A stretch of DNA of 64,000 bases from Pedosphaera sp. Lineage in GTDB: Bacteria; Verrucomicrobiota; Verrucomicrobiia; Limisphaerales; SIBH01. The DNA lies in assembly GCA_031414955.1 (NCBI GenBank), contig JANOQV010000184.1:32001-96000 (forward strand), written 5' to 3'. The position numbers and the translations under genes were made by a program. The notes beneath the pieces are model-generated. The model worked only from the letters and a program-made list of their open reading frames with translations. It searched no databases and was not told the origin of the DNA. Positions within the stretch are counted from its first letter, which is position 1, and each line of letters opens with the position of its first letter. Shown here one piece after another: positions 36,498-45,830 of this stretch.

Positions 36498-38771
36498 ATG
36501 AAATCCACGATTCCAAACACGCGCGCTTCGATTCGCGATAAGACGCACCATCAGAATGATCTGCTGGTGCCGAACCAACGGGCGCTGGTAGGGCGCGGTG
36601 TCCTCACCGCGCCGCGCCACGAATGCCGGAAGCCTCACCCACTTTTTTCGCTTCATCCCGGCGCGCTGAGGACAGAGACGCCCTACCGGTGCGCTGCGTT
36701 CGTCGCCGTGTGTTTCGTCCTGCTCGCGTCCCTTGCCATCACCGCCTCCGCTCAGGACCGGCTCAAGACCATGCCCGGCTACGAGCGCTTCCAGCGCGTC
36801 AACCGCGCGGCGACCAATGTCTTCAAGTCCGGCGCGCTGTCCGTAACGTGGACGAACGGAGGCCAGGCCTTCGATTACCAGAAGGATGGACGGCGCTATC
36901 GCTACGACATCGAGGCGCGGGCCGCGACCGAACTGCCGCCGCCGGGAACCAATGCATCGCCTTCCCGACGCGGAGCGCGCAACCAACCCGCGATTCCGCG
37001 ACCGGCGCGCGGGAGGCAATACACTTCGGCCCATTCGCCTGACGGCCAGTTCACGGCCGTGTACCGTGACCACAACGTCTGGCTGCGCTCGACCAACAAC
37101 ACCAACGAGATCGCGGTCACGACCGAGGGCAGTACGAAGTCCGCCGTGAAATTCGGCAGCGCGTCCTGGGTTTACGGCGAGGAGCTTTTCCAGAGCACGG
37201 CCATGTGGTGGTCGTCGAACAGCGCGAAGCTGGCCTTCTATCGTTTTGATGAAAGCCAGGTGCCGAAGTTCCACCTGCAGTTGAACCAGACCAAGATCGT
37301 CAGCACCTCCGACATTGAGCCGTATGCCAAAGCGGGCGCGACCAATCCGGTCGTTGATTTGTTCATCTACGATCTCGCCTCCAAGCAGACCATCCGCGTG
37401 GACGCGCGCGACGGGAAGCCCTTCGACAACGCGACCGTCGGTCATTACCTCTACGGCGTGTCCTGGACGCGCGACGGACGGGAACTGCTCTTTCATCGCA
37501 CCAACCGGCGGCAGAACATCATGGAGCTTTGCGCCGCAGACGCGACCACGGGCAAGGTCCGTGTCATCGTGCGGGAGGAATGGCCGGCGAGTTGGACGGA
37601 GAATTCGCCGCCGATGCAATGGCTCGCCGACGGCCAGCGTTTCCTCTGGATCTCGGATCGCAACGGCTGGAAAAACATTTACCTGCACCATCTGGACGGG
37701 CGGCCACCGGTCCCGCTTACGAGCCACAACCGCTGCGAGGCCGGCAGTGTGGCGCGCGTGATCGAGGAGGCCGGCGTGCTCTACTACACGGCGCGCGATG
37801 GGGACAACCCGCTGAAGCTTCAACTGCATCGCGTTGGCCTGGACGGCCAGAACGATCAGCGCCTCACCGATCCGGCCTGGCATCACACGGTGGAGGTCGC
37901 GCCGGACGGACGCCACTTCATCGACGTGGCGCAGACGCACGACTCGGCTCCGACCACGCACCTGCGAAAGAATGACGGGACGTTGGTCGCGGAACTGGCG
38001 AAGAGTGACTTGAGCGGTTTCCGCCGACTGAACTTCAAACCAGTCGAACTGCTCAAGTTCAAGGCGGCCGACGGCGCGACGGACCTCTACGGGATGCTCC
38101 ACTTCCCGTCGGACTTCCGCCCGGACGTGAAGCACCCGCTGCTGGTCAGCGTGTATGGCGGGCCGGAAACGGTCGGAGCTTACGAAACTTTCACGCTGCC
38201 CAACCGGCTGACCGAGTTCGGCTTCCTCTACGCGACGTTCGACTCGCGCAGCGCGAACGGGCGCGGGAAAAAGTTTCTCGACGCGATTTATCAAAAGCTC
38301 GGCCAGCCCGAGATCGACGATCAGGCGGCGGGCGTGAAGTCGCTCTGGAACCGTCGCTACGTGGACCGCAAGCGCGTGGGCATCTTCGGCACTTCGTACG
38401 GCGGCACGGCCTCGGCCCTGTGCCTGCTGCGCTATCCGGAAGTGTTTCAAGCGGCGGCGTCCTCGGCGGCGGTGACAGACTTCCGGAACTACGACACGAT
38501 TTACACCGAGCGTTTCATGGGATTGCCGCAGGAGAACAAGGCCGGTTACGACGCCGCCAGTTTGATGACGCACGCGGCCAGCCTGAAAGGCCGGCTGATG
38601 ATTTATTACGGGACAGCGGACGACAACGTGCATCCAAACAACGCCATGCAACTCATCCAGGCCTTGCAAAAGGCGGGCAAGAGTTTTGAAGTCCAGGTCG
38701 GCCCCGACCAGGGCCACTCCTCGATGAACCGCGACCGCATGATGGAATTCTTCATCGAGAACCTCAGGTAA
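36498..38771 (+). CDS. S9B dipeptidyl peptidase IV-like, secreted
   Basis: WVYGEEL, VYGGP, GTSYGG, DDNVH and QGH. Confidence 0.93.
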   Translation: MKSTIPNTRASIRDKTHHQNDLLVPNQRALVGRGVLTAPRHECRKPHPLFSLHPGALRTETPYRCAAFVAVCFVLLASLAITASAQDRLKTMPGYERFQRVNRAATNVFKSGALSVTWTNGGQAFDYQKDGRRYRYDIEARAATELPPPGTNASPSRRGARNQPAIPRPARGRQYTSAHSPDGQFTAVYRDHNVWLRSTNNTNEIAVTTEGSTKSAVKFGSASWVYGEELFQSTAMWWSSNSAKLAFYRFDESQVPKFHLQLNQTKIVSTSDIEPYAKAGATNPVVDLFIYDLASKQTIRVDARDGKPFDNATVGHYLYGVSWTRDGRELLFHRTNRRQNIMELCAADATTGKVRVIVREEWPASWTENSPPMQWLADGQRFLWISDRNGWKNIYLHHLDGRPPVPLTSHNRCEAGSVARVIEEAGVLYYTARDGDNPLKLQLHRVGLDGQNDQRLTDPAWHHTVEVAPDGRHFIDVAQTHDSAPTTHLRKNDGTLVAELAKSDLSGFRRLNFKPVELLKFKAADGATDLYGMLHFPSDFRPDVKHPLLVSVYGGPETVGAYETFTLPNRLTEFGFLYATFDSRSANGRGKKFLDAIYQKLGQPEIDDQAAGVKSLWNRRYVDRKRVGIFGTSYGGTASALCLLRYPEVFQAAASSAAVTDFRNYDTIYTERFMGLPQENKAGYDAASLMTHAASLKGRLMIYYGTADDNVHPNNAMQLIQALQKAGKSFEVQVGPDQGHSSMNRDRMMEFFIENLR
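36587..36687. repeat. GTAG-type REP doublet inside the 5' end of the DPP IV ORF
   Basis: ggtagggcgcggtgtcctcaccgcgccg pairs imperfectly with cggcgcgctgaggacagagacgccctacc. Confidence 0.85.
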
Positions 38772-38772
38772 C

Positions 38773-39630
38773 GTGACCGTTCTCGAAATCATCCAACGCA
38801 CGACTCCGTTCTTGGAGCAGAAAGGGGTCGAGTCGCCGCGCCTGCAAATCGAATTGATGCTGGCGCAGGTGCTCCAGATGCCGCGCCTGAAGCTGTATCT
38901 GAATTTTGACCGTGTGCTGGCCGATCCGGAACTGGTGGTTCTGCGCGCAATGGTGAAGCGCCGTGCAACTCGTGAGCCACTGCAACATATCCTCGGCTCC
39001 ACCTCGTTCTGCGGGCTGGAGATCAAAACCTCGCGCGCCGCGCTGGTGCCGCGTCCTGAGACAGAGCTGCTCGCGGAGCGCGCCTGGCAGCTCCTCTCCA
39101 CCCGTAACTCTCCACCCGCAACCGCCCTGGACTTCGGCACGGGGACCGGCTGCATCGCCATCGCCATCGCGAAGCATGCGCCGCACGCGGAGGTTCACGC
39201 CCTGGATGTTTCAGTCGAGGCCCTGGCGCTGGCGAAGGCGAACGCCGCCGACCATGGCCTGGCGGAGCGAATTACTTTTCACCATGGAGACGGTTTCGCG
39301 GCCATTCCAGCGGGGATGAGCTTCGATCTGCTGGTCAGCAATCCGCCCTACATCGCCTCGGCGGAGATCGCGACGCTGGAACCGGAAGTGCGGGACTTTG
39401 ACCCGCGCGGCGCGCTGGACGGCGGCGGGGACGGCCTGGAGTTCTATCGGCTGCTGGCGCGAGGGGCGGGGCGGTTTCTCAAACCGCACGGGCGGTTGAT
39501 GGTGGAATTCGGGGACGGCCAGGCGGGCGACCTGGAAAAAATATTTTCCGACGAGAAGTGGATTGTGGAGGAGATCGTCGCTGACTACAGTGCGCGGCCG
39601 AGAATTTTAATCGCGCGGTCCGGCGGGTGA
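38773..39630 (+). CDS. prmC: Release factor glutamine methyltransferase
   Basis: REPLQHILG, LVPRPETE, LDFGTGTGCIA and SNPPY. Confidence 0.96.
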   Translation: MTVLEIIQRTTPFLEQKGVESPRLQIELMLAQVLQMPRLKLYLNFDRVLADPELVVLRAMVKRRATREPLQHILGSTSFCGLEIKTSRAALVPRPETELLAERAWQLLSTRNSPPATALDFGTGTGCIAIAIAKHAPHAEVHALDVSVEALALAKANAADHGLAERITFHHGDGFAAIPAGMSFDLLVSNPPYIASAEIATLEPEVRDFDPRGALDGGGDGLEFYRLLARGAGRFLKPHGRLMVEFGDGQAGDLEKIFSDEKWIVEEIVADYSARPRILIARSGG

Positions 39631-39665
39631 ATCGTTAAAACAACCGCGCACTCGACAGTAGCTCC

Positions 39666-40928
39666 ATGGAAAGTTTGCTCATCAAAGGCGGCGTGCCGTT
39701 GCACGGCGAAGTTCAGATCAGCGGCGCAAAGAACGCCGTGCTGCCCATCCTCGCGGCCACGCTGCTCACCCCGGACAAGTGCGTCATCCACCGCGTGCCT
39801 GACCTGAGCGATGTGGGCTTCATGGGCAAGATTCTCGCCTCGCTCGGGGCCACGGTGAAGATTGACGGCAACACGGTGACGGTGCAGGCGGCGAAGCTCA
39901 AGCCGCACGGGGACTACGATCTGATTCGCAAGATGCGCGGCTCGATTTGCATCCTCGGGCCGCTGCTGGGGCGCTTGCGCAAGGCTCAGGTTTCACTGCC
40001 CGGCGGTTGCGTCATTGGCACGCGCCCGATTGATTTGCACCTGAAGGGCATGCGCGACTTGGGCACTAAAATCACCATCGACAAGGGCTACGTCATCGCG
40101 CAAGCGCCTCGAATGCTTGGCACCGAGATTTTCCTCGGAGGTCGGTCTGGCCCGACAGTGCTGGGCACGGCCAACGTGATGATGGCCGCCTCGCTGGCCG
40201 AGGGCGTGACCATCATCGAGAGCGCCGCGTGCGAGCCGGAGGTGACGGACTTGGCCAATTTCCTGAATGCGATGGGCGCGAAGATTACCGGCGCAGGCAG
40301 CCCGACCATCACCATCACGGGCGTGAAGGAGTTGCACGGCGCGGAGCATGAGGTGATTCCTGACCGCATCGAGGCGACCACCTTCGCTATCGCGGCCGCG
40401 GCCACGAACGGCGAGATCCGCATCAAGGGCGCGCGGATAGACCACCTGCACGCCGTGCTCGACAAACTGCGCGAGGCGGGCGTGAAAATCGAACGCGCCG
40501 GCCCTGATCTGGTTGTGAAGCGCGGCTCGAAGCTCAAGCCGGTGGACATCACCACGCTGCCCTACTCCGGCTTCCCGACGGATTGCCAGGCGCAAATCAT
40601 GGCGCTCATGGCGCTGACCCCGGGCATCAGCATCATCACCGAGCGCATCTTCGAATCGCGCTTCATGCATGTGCCGGAGCTGGCGCGGCTGGGGGCGGAC
40701 ATCTCCATCGAGGGACCGAGCGCCATCGTGAAGGGCGGACGCCCCTTGAGTGGTGCACCGGTGATGGCGAGCGATTTGCGCGCCTCGGCGGCGCTGCTGA
40801 TCGCCGGCATGGCGGCCAAGGGCACGACGCAGGTGAACCGCATTTACCACCTGGATCGGGGCTACGAAAAGATCGACACCAAGCTGAAGAAGCTCGGCGC
40901 GCGCATCGAACGAGTGGAGGGCGAGTGA
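39666..40928 (+). CDS. murA: UDP-N-acetylglucosamine 1-carboxyvinyltransferase
   Basis: [26 protein letters not shown] and HLDRGYE. Confidence 0.97.
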   Translation: MESLLIKGGVPLHGEVQISGAKNAVLPILAATLLTPDKCVIHRVPDLSDVGFMGKILASLGATVKIDGNTVTVQAAKLKPHGDYDLIRKMRGSICILGPLLGRLRKAQVSLPGGCVIGTRPIDLHLKGMRDLGTKITIDKGYVIAQAPRMLGTEIFLGGRSGPTVLGTANVMMAASLAEGVTIIESAACEPEVTDLANFLNAMGAKITGAGSPTITITGVKELHGAEHEVIPDRIEATTFAIAAAATNGEIRIKGARIDHLHAVLDKLREAGVKIERAGPDLVVKRGSKLKPVDITTLPYSGFPTDCQAQIMALMALTPGISIITERIFESRFMHVPELARLGADISIEGPSAIVKGGRPLSGAPVMASDLRASAALLIAGMAAKGTTQVNRIYHLDRGYEKIDTKLKKLGARIERVEGE

Positions 40929-40981
40929 TGGGCAAATCCACCTTTACAACCAAAACCGCCCTGTGCAACGCTCCGGCCCTT

Positions 40982-41365
40982 ATGCGGAATTTCGTTTGGA
41001 TTATTGCGGTTTGCGGCCTTGTTTTGGGCGGTTGCGCGAGTTCGCGCGTCACCAACCTGACCACCACGCGCCAGTTGCGCAATGCCTCGGGCGTGTACCC
41101 CATCGAGTTCGCCTGGGACACCAGCGACCAGACGGTCATCGACGGCTCGCTCAAGCCGGTGGCGATTGTGAACGGACGCGACTTCTACTCGATGCGGCCG
41201 TCGCTCGGGATCAGCAATCGCTGGGAGACGGTGGTTCCGGTCCCGGCCACCGAGGATCACATTCTTTTTCGCTTCAAAGTGGATTACCTCTACCGGGCCT
41301 TCGGTCCGGCGCAGAAGAGCAGCAAGCTCTCGCAGGATTATCGCCTGAGCATCAGCGACAAGTAA
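40982..41365 (+). CDS. Small lipoprotein, hypothetical
   Basis: Lipobox LGGC, followed by a terminator. Confidence 0.8.
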   Translation: MRNFVWIIAVCGLVLGGCASSRVTNLTTTRQLRNASGVYPIEFAWDTSDQTVIDGSLKPVAIVNGRDFYSMRPSLGISNRWETVVPVPATEDHILFRFKVDYLYRAFGPAQKSSKLSQDYRLSISDK

Positions 41366-41405
41366 TCTTGCTCGGCGGCACGGTCGGGAGCATGGACCTC
41401 CCAGC

Positions 41406-41435
41406 AAAAAAAGCAGGCTTTCGCCTGCTTTTTTT
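41406..41435. terminator. Bidirectional intrinsic terminator
   Basis: aaaaaaagcaggc-tttc-gcctgcttttttt between convergent genes. Confidence 0.92.
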
Positions 41436-41454
41436 ATTTCAGCCGTTGTTGGCC

Positions 41455-43971
41455 TCAGCTCGAAAGCGTGGCCTCGTTGCTGGCGGCTGGGGCAGCCTTC
41501 TGGATGAAGACCAGCTTGCCATTCTCCGCCGTGACTTCCACCGGATCGCCTTCGCGGATCGCGCCCTTGAGCAGCTCCTCGGCGAGGGGATCTTCCAGGT
41601 GGCGCTCGACGGAGCGACGCATGGGGCGCGCGCCGTAGATCGGGTCGTAGCCTTTCTCAACGAGCAGATCCTTCGCCTTGGCGTCGAGGTGCAGCACAAG
41701 GTTTTTGCCCTTGAGACGCTCGGTCACTTTTTTAGCCTCAAGGTCCAGGATTTCGATGAGGTCGGGCTTGGTCAGCGAACGGAAGACGATGATGTCATCC
41801 AGGCGGTTGAGGAACTCGGGACGGAACTGCCGCTTGGCCTCCTCCAGGATTTTTTCGCGCATCTTCTCGTAGCTGGTCTCGTCCGTGATGGGGGAAAAGC
41901 CCATCGAACTTTGCTTCTTGATCGTCTCCGAGCCGACGTTCGAGGTGAGCAGGATGATGGTGTTCCGGAAGTTGATCACCCGCCCGACGTTGTCGGTCAG
42001 TTTGCCCTCCTCAAGAATCTGGAGGAGCATGTTCATCACGTCCGGGTGCGCCTTTTCGATCTCGTCGAAGAGGACCACGGAATACGGCTTGCGCCGAACC
42101 TGTTCGGTGAGCTGGCCGCCTTCCTCAAAGCCAACGTAGCCCGGCGGCGAGCCGACCATGCGCGAGGCGTTGTGGCGTTCCATGTACTCGCTCATGTCGA
42201 GCTGGATGAGGGCCTTGGAGTCACCGAACATGGATTCAGCAAGGGACTTGGCCAGGAGTGTCTTGCCCACGCCGGTCGGTCCGAGCAAGGCAAAGGTGCC
42301 GATGGGGCGCTTCGGGTCCTTCAAATCCGCGCGCGAACGGCGCAAGGCCCGGCAGATGGCCGCGACCGCCTCGCGCTGGCCGACAACCTTATGGGCCATC
42401 TCGTCTTCCAGGTTGAGAAGTCGAAGCGCCTCACCCTCTTCCATGCGCTTCAAGGGCACGCCGGTCCATTTGGAGACCACATGCAAAATTTCTTCTTCAT
42501 CCACCTTGACGCGCTTTTCTTCGCGGCTGGCTTTCCACGTCGCCAGAACGGAATCAATTTTCTCCTTGGTGTGCTTCTCCTGGTCGCGCATGGAGGCGGC
42601 ACCCTCGAAATCCTGATCGCGGATGGCCTTCTCCTTCTTGCCCTTGATCTCCTCGAGCTCGCCTTCGAGCGACTTGATCTCAGGCGGACGCGTCATGGCT
42701 CCAATGCGCGCGCGTGAACCGGCCTCGTCCATCAAGTCGATGGCCTTGTCCGGCAGGAAACGGTCCGTGATGTAACGCTCGGAAAGTTTGACCGCAGATT
42801 CGACGGCCGCGTCGGTGATCTCAGCCTTGTGATGCTCCTCGTACTTGGTGCGCAGACCCTTGAGAATGAGAATGGCCTCATCAATGGAGGGTGCCTCGAC
42901 CTTCACGGACTGGAAACGGCGTTCGAGCGCGGCGTCCTTCTCGATATACTTGCGATACTCGGTCAGCGTGGTGGCACCGATGCACTGCATCTCGCCCCGG
43001 CTGAGGGCGGGCTTGATGATATTGCTCGCGTCCATGGTGCCCTCGGCCGAGCCGGCCCCCACGATGGTGTGCAATTCGTCGATGAAGAGGATGATGTTCT
43101 TGGCCCGGCGGATTTCGTCCATGACCGCCTTGATGCGCTCCTCGAACTGGCCGCGATACTTCGTGCCCGCCACCATGAGGGCGAGATCGAGCGTGATGAC
43201 GCGCTTCTCGCGCAGAATTTCCGGCACGTTGCCTTTCGAGATTTCCTGCGCCAGACCTTCCACGATGGCGGTCTTGCCCACGCCGGCTTCGCCCAGCAGC
43301 ACCGGGTTGTTCTTGGTGCGGCGGCAAAGAATCTGAATGACGCGCTCAATCTCGTTCTGGCGTCCGATGACAGGATCCATCTCGCCCTTGCGCGCGATTT
43401 CGGTCAGGTCACGGCCGAATGCCTTGAGTGCCGGGGTCTTCACTTCGCCCTTCTTCTCGGCTTTGCTTTCGTTGCCCGGAGCAGTGCCGGCCGGTTCCAC
43501 GCCCTCCTCCTGGCTGGTGAAGTTGGGATCCAACTCCTTCAGTATCTCCTGCCGCGTCTGCTCGATGTCCACGTCCAGGTTCTTCAACACGCGCGCCGCG
43601 ACACCGTCCCCCTCACGCAGCAAGCCCAGCAGGATGTGCTCGGTGCCCACGTAGGTGTGATTCAGGTTCTTGGCTTCCTTGGCCGCGAGCGCCAGCACTT
43701 TCTTGACCCGCGGGGTGTAAGGGATGTTGCCGATCATCTTCTGATCGGGGCCGGTGCCGACCTGCTTCTCCACCTCCATGCGGACAGTTTCGAGATCCAG
43801 CCCCATCTTCTGGAGCACGTTGACCGCGACGCCCTGGCCGAGCTTGATCAGGCCGAGGAGCAGATGTTCGGTGCCGACGAAGTTGTGGTTGAACCGGTCG
43901 GCCTCCTTCCGCGCCAAAGCCAGCACCTGTTGCGCGCGGGGCGTAAAATTATTCATGGCTTCATCGCTCAT
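41455..43971 (-). CDS. clpC: ATP-dependent Clp protease ATPase subunit ClpC
   Basis: Two Clp N-repeats, GEAGVGKT and GPTGVGKT Walker A motifs, UVR segment, GARPMRR. Confidence 0.97.
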   Translation of the reverse strand: MSDEAMNNFTPRAQQVLALARKEADRFNHNFVGTEHLLLGLIKLGQGVAVNVLQKMGLDLETVRMEVEKQVGTGPDQKMIGNIPYTPRVKKVLALAAKEAKNLNHTYVGTEHILLGLLREGDGVAARVLKNLDVDIEQTRQEILKELDPNFTSQEEGVEPAGTAPGNESKAEKKGEVKTPALKAFGRDLTEIARKGEMDPVIGRQNEIERVIQILCRRTKNNPVLLGEAGVGKTAIVEGLAQEISKGNVPEILREKRVITLDLALMVAGTKYRGQFEERIKAVMDEIRRAKNIILFIDELHTIVGAGSAEGTMDASNIIKPALSRGEMQCIGATTLTEYRKYIEKDAALERRFQSVKVEAPSIDEAILILKGLRTKYEEHHKAEITDAAVESAVKLSERYITDRFLPDKAIDLMDEAGSRARIGAMTRPPEIKSLEGELEEIKGKKEKAIRDQDFEGAASMRDQEKHTKEKIDSVLATWKASREEKRVKVDEEEILHVVSKWTGVPLKRMEEGEALRLLNLEDEMAHKVVGQREAVAAICRALRRSRADLKDPKRPIGTFALLGPTGVGKTLLAKSLAESMFGDSKALIQLDMSEYMERHNASRMVGSPPGYVGFEEGGQLTEQVRRKPYSVVLFDEIEKAHPDVMNMLLQILEEGKLTDNVGRVINFRNTIILLTSNVGSETIKKQSSMGFSPITDETSYEKMREKILEEAKRQFRPEFLNRLDDIIVFRSLTKPDLIEILDLEAKKVTERLKGKNLVLHLDAKAKDLLVEKGYDPIYGARPMRRSVERHLEDPLAEELLKGAIREGDPVEVTAENGKLVFIQKAAPAASNEATLSS

Positions 43972-43982
43972 AAGTTCACTTT

Positions 43983-45101
43983 CTATGTTTCGTCCGGTTT
44001 GTCCAATTTGACGGGCGCGGTGTAACCCGGGGGCGCGTGCAACGGACGGCTCACGCTGCGCAACCGCTCGCGCAACATGTCGGCTCGCAAGAGGTCGCGC
44101 TCGTCGGCCCCCAGCTTTTCGGCAAATTGCTTCTGCAAATGGGCCGGCTGCGTGACGACGAAAAGCTCGTCCACCAGCCCGCGCTCCACATCCGGAAAGA
44201 GTCCAAGGTCGAGACCCAGCCGCATGAAGGAGAGCAAGTTCATGGTCTCCTTCGAGGAAATGCTGTGCGCGTTGGCCAGGATGCCGTAGGCCCGGCCGAT
44301 CTGGTTCAGCACCGTCTTGGGCTTCTTTTCCAGCAGCGTGCCACGGGCGTTCTCTTCGTGCTCGATGATCTGCGCCAACACCTTGCTCAAGCGCTCAACA
44401 ATATCCGGCTCGGTGTCGCCCAGCGTCATCTGGTTCGAGACTTGAAAGACATTGCCCAGCGCCTCGGTCCCTTCGCCGTAGAGTCCGCGCACCGCCAGCC
44501 CGAGCTTGTTCACGGCGGAAATGATCTGGTTGATCTGCTCGGAGAGCACCAGCCCAGGCAGGTGTAGCATCGCGCTGACACGGATGCCCGTGCCCAGATT
44601 CGTCGGACAAGCGGTGAGATAACCAAGCGTCGAGTCGAAGGCGTAATCCACCTTCTTCTCCAGTTGTGAATCAAACTGATCGATGGCGGCCCAGGCCTGC
44701 TTCAACTGCAAGCCCGGCCGCAGCGCCTGCATGCGCAGATGATCCTCCTCGTTGATCATCACGCAGAGAGATTCCTCGCGGTTCAACACCAGGCCGCTGC
44801 CGGCACCCTTCGCCGCGTGCTCGCGGCTGATGAGATGGCGCTCGACAAGAATCTGCTTGTCCAGCGCGGTCAGGTTGTCCATCGACTCGGCGAAGGCACC
44901 CTTCATCGCCACCAACCCCTCCACGGCGGGCCGGATGACCTCGAGCGAGCGGATGCGTTCGGCCTTCTTGGCCCAACCGGGGAAGGCGAGCCCTTTAAGA
45001 TTGCGCGCCAGCCGCACCCGGCTCGACATCACAATCTTGCTGTGCGGCCCATCGCGGCGGGCCGTCTCCGAAGGTGGGGCGAGAAATTCGTGCAAGTTCA
45101 T
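43983..45101 (-). CDS. mcsB: Protein arginine kinase
   Basis: SSRVRLARN, NEEDHLR and GYLTACPTNLGTG. Confidence 0.96.
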   Translation of the reverse strand: MNLHEFLAPPSETARRDGPHSKIVMSSRVRLARNLKGLAFPGWAKKAERIRSLEVIRPAVEGLVAMKGAFAESMDNLTALDKQILVERHLISREHAAKGAGSGLVLNREESLCVMINEEDHLRMQALRPGLQLKQAWAAIDQFDSQLEKKVDYAFDSTLGYLTACPTNLGTGIRVSAMLHLPGLVLSEQINQIISAVNKLGLAVRGLYGEGTEALGNVFQVSNQMTLGDTEPDIVERLSKVLAQIIEHEENARGTLLEKKPKTVLNQIGRAYGILANAHSISSKETMNLLSFMRLGLDLGLFPDVERGLVDELFVVTQPAHLQKQFAEKLGADERDLLRADMLRERLRSVSRPLHAPPGYTAPVKLDKPDET

Positions 45102-45604
45102 ACCGTGGTGATGGCCGCCAGCTTGTCTTTGGTCGCCTTGATTTCGTCCCGGCAGGTCGCGGCCTGCTCGAAATTCTCGTCGTTCACCGCCTTGTCGAGC
45201 TTGCGCTGGAGCACGCGCAGCTTCTCGGTGAGGTTTTGCGATTCGCGCAGCGCGGCCGGGAACTTGCCCCGGTGCCGCGTGCCCTTGTGCATGCTCTTGA
45301 GCAACTGCTCCAGGCCGTCGGCGAAAGTCTTGTAACACCCCGCGCAGCCGAGCCGGCCAGCCTTCTTGAAATCAGCCTGGGTGAAGCCGCACTCCGGGCA
45401 CTTGACCTCGGTGCCCGTGGCGTTCTCCATCTCCTGCGAAGCGCCCAGCCCGAGGAGCAGATCGGCGAGATTGAACCCGGCCGGATCGTTCGCGCCCTTC
45501 TGCTTCGAACATTCCTCGCACAGATCAACCTTCTGCATCTTCTCGCCCGCAATCTGGGTGAGATGGACCGTGGCTTCTTTTTCTTTGCAAACGCAGCACA
45601 ACAT
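45098..45604 (-). CDS. mcsA: Arginine kinase activator McsA
   Basis: Four CxxC motifs plus a UVR domain; overlaps mcsB. Confidence 0.95.
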   Translation of the reverse strand: MLCCVCKEKEATVHLTQIAGEKMQKVDLCEECSKQKGANDPAGFNLADLLLGLGASQEMENATGTEVKCPECGFTQADFKKAGRLGCAGCYKTFADGLEQLLKSMHKGTRHRGKFPAALRESQNLTEKLRVLQRKLDKAVNDENFEQAATCRDEIKATKDKLAAITTV

Positions 45605-45777
45605 ATTTGTCAGTGGCTGGAGCTATATCGGCTCTGGCGCGATCCAAGTCAAGATGACGGAAAAACACGCCGCACAAGCCTTGACCCTAGTCAGATCGCG
45701 TGGCGAATACCCGACAAAAATGCCGGCCAGTTCGTGCCTTCCGGCGTCGGCATTTGGGAACGACGCCGCTGCGAATG

Positions 45778-45809
45778 AAAAACGCGGCCCCAAGTTAACG
45801 GGACCGCGT
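45778..45809 (-). terminator. Intrinsic terminator downstream of the 45831..47858 gene
   Basis: Minus strand reads acgcggtcccg-ttaac-ttggggccgcgt followed by a T tract. Confidence 0.7.
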
Positions 45810-45830
45810 CGCGCCATTCACCTCACCGGG

